A DNA stretch of 15,398 bases from an uncultured Thermus sp. Lineage in GTDB: Bacteria; Deinococcota; Deinococci; Deinococcales; Thermaceae. Below the pieces are notes generated by a model. That model had not been told where the DNA came from. It saw only the letters and a program-made list of their open reading frames with translations, and did not search any database. Shown one piece after another: positions 1 to 7,283 of the stretch (positions are counted from its first letter, which is position 1; every line of letters begins with the position of its first letter). The position numbers and the translations under genes are program-made. The stretch spans positions 1-15,398 of the forward strand of contig CAMTVD010000037.1 of assembly GCA_947085095.1 (NCBI GenBank), given 5' to 3'.

Positions 1-1316
1 GTGTGGATGTGGTAGGCGAAGTCCACCGGGGTAGCCCCCTTGGGCAGGTTGATGATCCGCCCCTTGGGGGTGAAGACGAAGACCCTGCCCCCCAGGAGGT
101 CCCGGGTGACGGCCTCCACGAACTCCCGGGAGCTAGAAAACTCCTGCTGCCATTCCTGGATGCTCTTGAGCCAGGAAACCCGCCTCCTCACCTCCTCGGG
201 GTCGGTGAGGCCCTCCTTGTAGAGCCAGTGGGCGGCGATGCCGTACTCGGCGATGCGGTGCATCTCCCGGGTGCGGATCTGCACCTCCAAGGGGAGGCCT
301 TCTAAGGCGATGACCGTGGTGTGGAGGCTCTGGTAGCCGTTGGGCTTGGGCACGGCGATGTAGTCCTTGACCCTTCCGGGGATGGGCTGCCAGAGGGCGT
401 GGACCAGGCCCAGGACGTGGTAGCAGACCTGCTTTTCCCTAAGGCCCTTGGCCTCCTCTGTGGGGGAGGGCTTGGGGTCCAGGATAACCCGCACCGCCAG
501 GAGGTCGTAGATCTGTTCCAAGGCCTTTCCCTCCCGCTCCATCTTCTTCCAGATGGAGTAGAGGTGCTTGGGCCTCCCCGTGATCTCGTAGCCCTGGAGC
601 TGGCTTTGCAGGAGGGTGTCCTTTTTTAGGTTTTCCTCCAAGACGTCCATGGCCCGCTTCACCAAGCGGTCCCGGGCCTCTTGGGTCTCCTGGAGGCGGA
701 AGAGGAGGGCTTGGTAGGCCTCAGGGTGGAGGTAGCGGAAGGAGAGGTCCTCCAGCTCCCACTTGATCTGCCCCATCCCCAGGCGGTGGGCCAGGGGGGC
801 GTAGATCTCCAGGGTTTCCTGGGCGATGCGCTTTTGCTTCTCCTCGGGCATGTGCTCCAGGGTGCGGAGGTTGTGCAGGCGGTCCGCCAGCTTCACGATG
901 ATGATGCGCACGTCCTCCGCCATGGCGATGAACATCTGGCGGAGGTCCTCGGCCCGCTTCTCCTCCCCCTCGAGGTTGGCCAGCTTGTAGAGCTTGCTGA
1001 CCTTGGTCTCCCCCTCCACGATCCGGCGCACCGCGGGGCCGAAGCGCTTCTCCAGCTCCTCCCCGGGCACGCCGCAGTCCTCCATGGTGTCGTGGAGGAG
1101 GCCCGCGGCCACGGTGTCCGCGTCCATGCCCAAGGAGGCCAGGATCTCCGCCACGGCCACGGGGTGGGTGATGTAGGGCTCCCCGCTTTTCCTGAGATGC
1201 CCCCGGTGGGCTTCCTCGGCAAAGCGGTAGGCCTCCCGCACCTTTTCCCGGTCCTCCGGGGTGAGGTGGGCGAGGCCTGGTTCCAGTTTTTCCCAAAGAC
1301 CTTCGCGGACGACCAC
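1..1316 (-). CDS. relA: Bifunctional (p)ppGpp synthetase/hydrolase Rel (RelA/SpoT homologue), partial: the 3' end runs off the window
   Basis: Hand translation from GTG at 1316 gives MVVREGLWEKLEPGLAHLTPEDREKVREAYRFAEEAHRGHLRKSGEPYITHPVAVAEIL...GLLHDTMED (HD hydrolase motif)...VKLADRLHNLRTL...YAPLAHRLG...GRPKHLYSIWKKM...YDLLAVRV...GRVKDYIAVPKPNGYQSLHTTV...EVQIRT (synthetase, RxKD type)...FVFTPKGRIINLPKGATPVDFAYHIH (start of the TGS domain). It is absent from the ORF track because it has no stop codon in the window. Confidence 0.97.
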   Translation of the reverse strand, partial: MVVREGLWEKLEPGLAHLTPEDREKVREAYRFAEEAHRGHLRKSGEPYITHPVAVAEILASLGMDADTVAAGLLHDTMEDCGVPGEELEKRFGPAVRRIVEGETKVSKLYKLANLEGEEKRAEDLRQMFIAMAEDVRIIIVKLADRLHNLRTLEHMPEEKQKRIAQETLEIYAPLAHRLGMGQIKWELEDLSFRYLHPEAYQALLFRLQETQEARDRLVKRAMDVLEENLKKDTLLQSQLQGYEITGRPKHLYSIWKKMEREGKALEQIYDLLAVRVILDPKPSPTEEAKGLREKQVCYHVLGLVHALWQPIPGRVKDYIAVPKPNGYQSLHTTVIALEGLPLEVQIRTREMHRIAEYGIAAHWLYKEGLTDPEEVRRRVSWLKSIQEWQQEFSSSREFVEAVTRDLLGGRVFVFTPKGRIINLPKGATPVDFAYHIH

Positions 1317-1323
1317 TACTTCC

Positions 1324-1332
1324 AGTGTAGCA
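1324..1332 (-). promoter_or_regulatory. Extended -10 promoter (TGcTACACT) for a probably leaderless rel transcript
   Basis: The minus strand reads TG-c-TACACT-ggaagta-GTG. The hexamer is at 1329-1324, 7 nt before the start codon. No recognisable -35 and no strong SD. Confidence 0.65.
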
Positions 1333-1334
1333 CC

Positions 1335-3578
1335 CTAGGAGGTGAGCTCCAGGAGGAAGGCGGAGAGGGCGGGCTTCTCCAGGAGGGCCACCAGGGTTTT
1401 GCCGGCGAAGGGGGCCAGGACCAGGGCCTTTTCCCGGAAGAGGACCACGGCGGGGCCGTGCTTCTTTCCCAGGGCCCTGTCCAGGGGCTCCAGGGCCCGT
1501 TTGAGGGCCAGAAGGGGCTCTTGGGGCAGGGGTGGGGTTTCCTCCAGGAAGCCCAAGGCCTCCACTCCGGGAATCCGGAGCCGATCCAGGTCTTTAGCGA
1601 CTTCCTCCTGGTCAAAGACCCCCAGGAGGGCCTCGAGGTCCGCTCCCCGGATCTCCCGGAGCACAGCCTTGGCGGCCTCGGCCTCCTTTTCCAGCTCCCG
1701 GAGGAGGGCTTCCGCCTGGGCCAAGGTCTTCTCCACCTGCAAGACCCCTTGTGGGCCCAGGCGGGGAAGCCGCTCTTGGGCGCCCTTGAGCACCTCCATG
1801 AGGGGCTTTAGGCGGCGGTTGGTTTCGCTCTGGAAGCTTTGCAGGGGGGCAAAGGCCTGGAAGAGGGCGGTGAGGCGGGTGAGAAGCTCCTCACGCTTCG
1901 CTTCCAGACGCCTCCTTAGGACCTGCAGGGCCCGGGCGATGGGGGTGGGGTTGGGGAGGGGCTTGGCCTTTTCCTCCTCAATGCTCCGCAGCACCCCTTC
2001 CCCTCCAAAGCCAAGGAAGCGCTCCGCCAGCCGCTGAAGCTGGGAGAGCTCTTCCAGGGCCTCCTTCCTCGCCTGGGCCCGGGCTTCCGCCAGCGCCTTC
2101 CTGAGGGCCTCGAGGTCGGGGAGCCTGCCTTCGGCCAGGGCCCTTTCCGCCTCTCCCACCGCTCCCTCGAGGCCCAGGGCCAAGGCCTCCGGGCGCAGGG
2201 TGGCCAGGGCCTCCTCCGCCTCCTGGAGCTTGGCCTTGAGGAGGGCCTCCTCCCCTTGGGCTTTGAGGAGGGCGGCGTAGCGGGCCTGGATCTCGGGAAG
2301 GCGCTCGGGGAGGGCCTCGGGGGGGAGGGCTTGGAGCTCCTGCAGGAGGGGAAGGAAAGCCTCCCCCTTAGAACCCAGTTCCCGGAGGAGGGAGATCCTC
2401 TCCTCTTCCAGGCGCTTTTCCTCCTCCTTTTTGCGCCTGGCCTCCTCCATGAGGCGCTCCAGCTCCGCTTCCAGGGGTTTTAGCTCGGGGAAGCCGCCTT
2501 CCTTCAGGGTCTCCTCCGCCAGGCGCAGGGCGCTTTCCAGGGGGGCCTTGGCCGCCTCAGGGAGGGGGAGGGTCCTAAAGGTTTCCCAGAGCTGGATGAG
2601 GCGGGCCCGTTTCTCCGCCCGGAGGTTCCTCTCCGCTTCCTGGAAGGCCTCCTCCAGGAGGCGGAGCTTTTCCCTTGCCGGGGTTCCGGCTTCCAGGAGG
2701 GCCTGGACCTCGGCGAGAAGGGGGTTCACCGTGGCCCCTGGGAGGAAGGCGTGGCGGGCGAGGAGTTCTTCCAGCCTGCGCCTCTCCTCTTCCACTTCCA
2801 GGGCCTCCAGGCGCCTCGCCGCCTCCTCGGGGAGGGCCTCGAGGTCAATGATGAGCTCCCCTTCCAGGTCCTCCGCTTCCTCCACGGTGAGGAAGACGCC
2901 GGTGGGGCGTTTGGGGGCCTCCTCCTGGGTCTCAAAGACGATCTCGGGCAGGGTAGGGGAGCGGGCCACGCTGGACTCCAGAAGCTTCCTCAGCTCCAGG
3001 GCCAGGCTCCTCGCCCGCTCCACCTCCGCCTGGGCCAGAAGCCCCTCCTCCTGGGCCTTGCGGACGGTTTCCACCAGGCTCTCCAGGCGGCGCACCTTGG
3101 GCCCACCCAGGTGGCGCACCCTTTCCAGGCTCTCCTCCAGGTGGGCCAGGTCCTTGGCCTGGCGCAGAAGGGCCTCCTCCAGCTTCTCCTCCAGGGCCTC
3201 GAGGAGGGCCTCCGCCTCGAGGAGAAGGTTGGGGGTGGCCTCCTGGCGCAGGCGGTTCATGAGGGCGCGAAAGCGGCCCACTTCCGGCCAGTCCAGGTAG
3301 AGGCTAAAGCGCTTCAGGCCCGCCTCCAGGGCCTCGAGGCTTGCGGGCTCGGCGATTTTCCTCAGGGCCTCCTCCACCACCCGCCGGGCCTCCGCTGGGG
3401 TAAGCCTCGCCTGGAGTTCCCGGAAGAAAAGGCCCTTCAGAAGGGTTTCCCCGTCCTTGAAGGTCAGCTCTCCCGGGCGCTTCCCCAGGCGCTTCAGGCC
3501 CTCGTCCATCACCGCCTCGGCCCTGGCCCCCAGGTGGGGACGGAGGGTTTCCAGGATCGCCCCGTAGATGTCCGGCAT
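1335..3578 (-). CDS. Uncharacterised 747-aa alpha-helical (coiled-coil/helical-bundle repeat) protein with a possible degenerate roadblock/LC7-like C-terminus
   Basis: Long ORF with host-like codon usage and a purine-rich AAGGGGG just before the ATG. It is E/L/A/R/K-rich with no transmembrane segment and no Walker A. The C-terminus has a beta-rich pattern, AVVLFREKALVLAPFAGKTLVALL. Confidence 0.85.
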   Translation of the reverse strand: MPDIYGAILETLRPHLGARAEAVMDEGLKRLGKRPGELTFKDGETLLKGLFFRELQARLTPAEARRVVEEALRKIAEPASLEALEAGLKRFSLYLDWPEVGRFRALMNRLRQEATPNLLLEAEALLEALEEKLEEALLRQAKDLAHLEESLERVRHLGGPKVRRLESLVETVRKAQEEGLLAQAEVERARSLALELRKLLESSVARSPTLPEIVFETQEEAPKRPTGVFLTVEEAEDLEGELIIDLEALPEEAARRLEALEVEEERRRLEELLARHAFLPGATVNPLLAEVQALLEAGTPAREKLRLLEEAFQEAERNLRAEKRARLIQLWETFRTLPLPEAAKAPLESALRLAEETLKEGGFPELKPLEAELERLMEEARRKKEEEKRLEEERISLLRELGSKGEAFLPLLQELQALPPEALPERLPEIQARYAALLKAQGEEALLKAKLQEAEEALATLRPEALALGLEGAVGEAERALAEGRLPDLEALRKALAEARAQARKEALEELSQLQRLAERFLGFGGEGVLRSIEEEKAKPLPNPTPIARALQVLRRRLEAKREELLTRLTALFQAFAPLQSFQSETNRRLKPLMEVLKGAQERLPRLGPQGVLQVEKTLAQAEALLRELEKEAEAAKAVLREIRGADLEALLGVFDQEEVAKDLDRLRIPGVEALGFLEETPPLPQEPLLALKRALEPLDRALGKKHGPAVVLFREKALVLAPFAGKTLVALLEKPALSAFLLELTS

Positions 3579-3588
3579 CCCCCTTAGC

Positions 3589-4650
3589 TTACCCTCCCTT
3601 TTCCAGCTTCAGGGCTTCCCCGAAGTAGAGCTTCTGGTGGGGGTAGGGGATCTCTATCCCCTCCCGGTCCAGGCGGTTCTTGATGCGCCGGCGGAACTCC
3701 CGGGCGATGGCCCACTGCTCCGCGGGCTTGGTGTTGAAGAGGACGCGGATGGTTACCCCGGATTCCGCCAGGTGCTGCACCCCCAGGACCTCGGGGGGAT
3801 CGGCGAAGCGTTCCCGCCACTCGGGGTCCTCGTAGAAACGGGCCGTCTCGTCCTGGAAGACCTCCAGGGCCCGGTCCAGGTCCTCCTTGTAGGCCACGTT
3901 CACGTCCACCACCGCCCGGCTCCACTCCTGGGTGAGGACGGTCACCTGGCGCACCTCGGAGTTGGGGAGGAAGTGGACCCGGCCCTCCAGGTCCCTGAGC
4001 ACCGTGATGCGCAGGTTGAACCGCTCCACCTTCCCGCCCACGTTGCCGATCTGCACGATGTCCCCCACCCCGTACTGGTCCTCCAGGAGGATGAAGAAGC
4101 CGTTGATGAAGTCCCGGATCAGGTTCTGCGCAGCGAAGCTCAGGGCAAGTCCCGCCACCCCCGCCCCCGCCAGGAGGGCGGTGACGTTGAGGCCCAGGTT
4201 GGAGAGGAAAAGAAGCGCTCCGAGGACCAGGACCACCACCCTCAACGCCGACTCGGAGACCGTCCTAAGGGTCCGCCGACGCACCGCCTCCCGGGTGTGT
4301 TCCTCCTCCTCAGGCTCGGGGAGGTTTTTCAGGACAAGGGGGACCAGGCGGTAGCCCAGAAAGGTGAGGGCCAGAACGGCCAGGGCAGAAGCCCCCTGTC
4401 TCCCCAGCCAGCGGGCCAAACCCTGGCCCCAGGTGCGCCAGGGCTCCACGGGAAGGCCCAGGGCGTGGGCCAGGTAGCTGAAGGCCAGGAGGGCCACCAC
4501 CCCCCACCAGAGGAAGCCGAGGAGCTGGAAGAAGCGGTCGTCCCCCTTCGTGGGGGTGAGGCGGCCTAGGGCGTTCAGGGCCCGGGCCCCGTAACGGCCC
4601 AGGAAATAGACCACGAGGAGGGTCAGGGCTAGGTCCAGCCAGGGCGCCAT
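3589..4650 (-). CDS. mscS: Small-conductance mechanosensitive channel, MscS family (about 5 predicted TM helices, 353 aa)
   Basis: Pore motif LLAGAGVAGLALSFAAQNLIRDFINGFFILLEDQYGVGDIV, then GKVERFNLRITVLRDLEGRVHFLPNS and C-terminal GIEIPYP. Start reassigned to ATG 4650, because the track's 4761 start overlaps chdC and a -10 box precedes 4650. Confidence 0.93.
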   Translation of the reverse strand: MAPWLDLALTLLVVYFLGRYGARALNALGRLTPTKGDDRFFQLLGFLWWGVVALLAFSYLAHALGLPVEPWRTWGQGLARWLGRQGASALAVLALTFLGYRLVPLVLKNLPEPEEEEHTREAVRRRTLRTVSESALRVVVLVLGALLFLSNLGLNVTALLAGAGVAGLALSFAAQNLIRDFINGFFILLEDQYGVGDIVQIGNVGGKVERFNLRITVLRDLEGRVHFLPNSEVRQVTVLTQEWSRAVVDVNVAYKEDLDRALEVFQDETARFYEDPEWRERFADPPEVLGVQHLAESGVTIRVLFNTKPAEQWAIAREFRRRIKNRLDREGIEIPYPHQKLYFGEALKLEKGG

Positions 4651-4656
4651 GGAGCC

Positions 4657-4685
4657 AATATACCCAGGCCCCGGGGGCGTATAGT
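4657..4685. promoter_or_regulatory. Back-to-back -10 elements of the divergent mscS and chdC promoters
   Basis: Minus strand: TATATT (4662-4657), 6 nt, ATG 4650. Plus strand: TATAGT (4680-4685), 7 nt, ATG 4693. The two hexamers are 17 bp apart. Confidence 0.65.
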
Positions 4686-4692
4686 GGTGGAC

Positions 4693-5445
4693 ATGGAAGG
4701 CCACGTGCCCGAACCCACCCACACCCTCGAGGGCTGGCACATCCTCCACGATTTCCGCCACCTGGACTTCCCCCGCTGGCGGAAGGCCCCGCCTTTGGAG
4801 CGGCAGGCCGCTTGGGAAGAGCTTTTGGACCTCCTCGCCTCCTGGCGGCGGGTGGAGGAGGAGGGGCGGGGTTCCTTTGGGGTCTACCAGGTGATCACCC
4901 GGAAGGCCGACCTCCTCTTCCTGAACCTCCGGGAAAACCTGGACGAGCTTCTGGAGCTGGAGGCCGCCCTCAACAAGAGCCTCCTCGCCGAGTACCTCCT
5001 GCCCGCCTACGGCTTCTACTCCGTGGTGGAACTGGGAAGCCAGGAGAAGCCTTTAGACCCCGAGTCCCCCCACGTGAAGCCCCGCCTCACCCCCAGGGTG
5101 CCCAAGGGGGGGTACGTCTGCTTCTACCCCATGAACAAGAGGCGGGAAGGGGAGAATAACTGGTACATGCTCCCGGCAAGGGAAAGGGCCCAACTCATGC
5201 GGGCCCACGGGGAGACGGGAAGGAAGTACCAGGGCAGGGTCCTCCAGGTGATCAGCGGGGCCCAGGGCCTGGACGACTGGGAGTGGGGGGTGGACCTCTT
5301 CAGCCAAGACCCCATCCAGTTCAAGAAGATCGTCTACGAGATGCGCTTTGACGAGGTTTCCGCCCGCTTCGGGGAGTTCGGCCCCTTCTACGTGGGCAGG
5401 TACCTGGACCAGGAGGCCTTGGCCCGCCTGTTGGACGTAGGATAA
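4693..5445 (+). CDS. chdC: Coproheme decarboxylase (HemQ/ChdC; chlorite-dismutase superfamily haem protein), 250 aa
   Basis: Motifs TLEGWHILHDFR, KADLLF, CFYPMNKRR (Tyr145, Met147, Lys149), NWYML, AHGETGRKY (proximal His172), distal Gln185, GLDDWEWGVDLF and FKKIVYEMRFDEVSARFGEFGPFYVG. ATG 4693 is preferred over GTG 4684, which overlaps the -10 box. Confidence 0.9.
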   Translation: MEGHVPEPTHTLEGWHILHDFRHLDFPRWRKAPPLERQAAWEELLDLLASWRRVEEEGRGSFGVYQVITRKADLLFLNLRENLDELLELEAALNKSLLAEYLLPAYGFYSVVELGSQEKPLDPESPHVKPRLTPRVPKGGYVCFYPMNKRREGENNWYMLPARERAQLMRAHGETGRKYQGRVLQVISGAQGLDDWEWGVDLFSQDPIQFKKIVYEMRFDEVSARFGEFGPFYVGRYLDQEALARLLDVG

Positions 5446-5449
5446 GGGC

Positions 5450-5944
5450 ATGGAGCGCTACTGGGCCCTCGGGCTTTTTCGGCTCCTCCCCGAGTTCCGC
5501 CGCCTCGAGGCCGAGCACCAGGAGCACCTGAAGGAGGAGTTCGCCCACCTCCTCCACCGCTTCGCCGAGCGGGGGGGCTTCCTCAGGGCCTACAGCCTGG
5601 TGGGCTTTTCCGCCGAGGCCGACCTCCTCCTCTTCCAGGGGGCGGAGGACCCCAAGGCCCTCCAGCTCCTAAGGCGGGAGGCCAACCGCACCCGGCTTAT
5701 GGGCTATCTGGAGCCCGGGGCCCTCTTTTTGGACCGGGGGACGGGGGAGCCGGGGGAGGACCCCCTGGCCCTCTTCCCCTATGGCCTGGAGGGACCCCTC
5801 CCCCAGGGGGCAAGAATCCTTCAGGGGCGGCAGGTGACCCTCCTGGAGGGGCCTCTTGCGGTCCTCTTCCCCCTGGCGGTGGCGGAAGGAGGGTATTTGG
5901 CCATCCCTCGGGGCCTGCGGGAGGCCCTGGACGACCTGGGCTAG
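5450..5944 (+). CDS. Chlorite dismutase/ChdC-like N-terminal-domain protein (164 aa) lacking the haem-binding motifs
   Basis: Starts 4 nt after the chdC stop. FRLLPEFRRL...EEFAHLL...LRAYSLVGFSAEADLLLF...NRTRLMGYLEP aligns by eye to the N-terminal ferredoxin-like domain of the neighbouring ChdC. Confidence 0.75.
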   Translation: MERYWALGLFRLLPEFRRLEAEHQEHLKEEFAHLLHRFAERGGFLRAYSLVGFSAEADLLLFQGAEDPKALQLLRREANRTRLMGYLEPGALFLDRGTGEPGEDPLALFPYGLEGPLPQGARILQGRQVTLLEGPLAVLFPLAVAEGGYLAIPRGLREALDDLG

Positions 5945-6516
5945 CGCAGGCGCTTCAGGGCCTCCTTGATGAGTTCCTGGGCCTTGGCCCCGGGGTTTTT
6001 GGCCAGGAGGTCCAGGACCACGCTCCGGGCCTGCCCCTCCTTGAAGCCCAAGGCGGCCAGGGCCAGGACGGCTTCCTCGGCGCTTTGGCTTTCCACCCTT
6101 TCCCCGGTGAGGAGCTCCTTGGGCACCTTGTCTTTGAGCTCCAGGGCCAGGCGCTCCGCCAGCTTTCTCCCCACCCCGCTGGCCGAGGTGAGGAGCCTGA
6201 GATCTCCCTCGGCCAGGGCCCGGGCCAGGAGCCTGGGGGTGAGGGTGGAGAGGAGGGCCAGGGCCACCTTGGGCCCCACCCCGCTCACGGAGAGGAGGAG
6301 CTCAAAGAGCCTGAGGCTTTCCTCCTCGGGAAAGCCAAAGAGGGAAAGGCCTTCCTCCCGAAGGGCCAGGTGGGTGTGGACCCCCACCTCCTCCCCCTCC
6401 TTCAGGGCCTGAAGGAAGGGGCCTGGGGCCTGGACCTGGAAGCCCACCCCTCCCACCAGGAGGAGGAAGGCCCCTTCCTCCTTCCTCAGGACCACGCCCT
6501 TCAGGTAGCGGATCAT
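5941..6516 (-). CDS. ruvA: Holliday junction branch migration DNA-binding subunit RuvA
   Basis: MIRYLKG, VGGVGFQV, LREEGLSLFGF (acidic pin), tandem HhH motifs LLSVSGVGPKVALALL and SGVGRKLAERLALELKDK, and domain III EEAVLALAALGFKEGQA...ELIKEALK. Confidence 0.97.
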   Translation of the reverse strand: MIRYLKGVVLRKEEGAFLLLVGGVGFQVQAPGPFLQALKEGEEVGVHTHLALREEGLSLFGFPEEESLRLFELLLSVSGVGPKVALALLSTLTPRLLARALAEGDLRLLTSASGVGRKLAERLALELKDKVPKELLTGERVESQSAEEAVLALAALGFKEGQARSVVLDLLAKNPGAKAQELIKEALKRLR

Positions 6517-7277
6517 CGGCCCTGGAAGCGGGGCGGGCGCTTTTCCCGGAAGGCCCTGACCCCCTCCTCGTGGTCCAGGGTGCGCCCCGCCTGGCCCTGG
6601 AGGATGGCCTCGAGGGCCAGCGCCTCCGTGAGGGAGAGGCGGTAGGTCTCCAGGAGGAGTTTCTTGGTGAGGGCCAGGGCGCGGGTGGGGCCCTGGGCCA
6701 GCTCCTGGGCCTTCTTTAGGGCCTCCTCCATGAGCTTTTCCGCGGGCACCACCCGGTGCACCAGGCCCAGCTCCAGGGCCTCCTCCGCCGAGAGGCGGGG
6801 GGAGAGGTAGAGGAGCTCCTGGGCCTTGGCCAGGCCCACCAGGCGGGGCAGGAGGAAGCTCATCCCCGAGTCGGGCACCAGGCCGATGCGGGCGAAGGCG
6901 GTGGTGAAGCTGGCCTCCTCCGCGGCCAGGCGGTAGTCCCCATAGAGGGCCAGGCTCATCCCCGCCCCCGCCGCCGCCCCGTTCACCGCCACCACCAGGG
7001 GCTTCTCCAGGGCGCTTATGGCCTCCACCACCCGGTTGTAGCGGCGGAGGTGGGCCTCGTAGTCGGGCTTGGCCTCGCCGAACTCCGTGAGGTCCTGGCC
7101 TGCGGAGAAGGCCTTGCCTGCTCCCGTGAGGAGGAGGGCGCGCACCCCCTGGTCCCGGTTCGCCTCCTCCAGGGCGGCGAGGAGGGCCTCCAGGAGCCCG
7201 CCTGTGAGGGCGTTGAGCCTCTCGGGCCGGTTCAGGGTGAGGACCAGCACGCTTTCCTGGCGCTCCGTCAGGATCAT
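6513..7277 (-). CDS. paaG: Crotonase-family enoyl-CoA hydratase/isomerase, PaaG-type (oxepin-CoA-forming isomerase), 254 aa
   Basis: LTLNRPERLNAL, GKAFSAGQDL, VNGAAAGAGMSLAL, FARIGLVPDSG (single catalytic Asp, no catalytic Glu pair, typical of PaaG) and EGVRAFREKRPPRFQGR. The real start is ATG 7277; the track's 7373 start overlaps sucA. Confidence 0.85.
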   Translation of the reverse strand: MILTERQESVLVLTLNRPERLNALTGGLLEALLAALEEANRDQGVRALLLTGAGKAFSAGQDLTEFGEAKPDYEAHLRRYNRVVEAISALEKPLVVAVNGAAAGAGMSLALYGDYRLAAEEASFTTAFARIGLVPDSGMSFLLPRLVGLAKAQELLYLSPRLSAEEALELGLVHRVVPAEKLMEEALKKAQELAQGPTRALALTKKLLLETYRLSLTEALALEAILQGQAGRTLDHEEGVRAFREKRPPRFQGR

Positions 7278-7283
7278 GGCCCT

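Noticed and set aside
3..1811. Plus-strand ORFs 3..305, 321..629 and 681..1811, and minus-strand 721..1296 and 893..1222
   Set aside because: Antisense or off-frame shadows of rel and the 747-aa gene. High-GC codon bias suppresses stops, and the translations have no recognisable motifs.
1335..3578. The 747-aa protein as an SMC/Rad50/SbcC ATPase
   Set aside because: No Walker A/B, ABC signature, hinge or CxxC hook. Only the coiled-coil composition is shared.
4651..4761. N-terminal extension of MscS in the ORF track (390 aa)
   Set aside because: It overlaps chdC head-to-head, and a -10 box sits 6 nt before ATG 4650, which is followed directly by the first TM helix.
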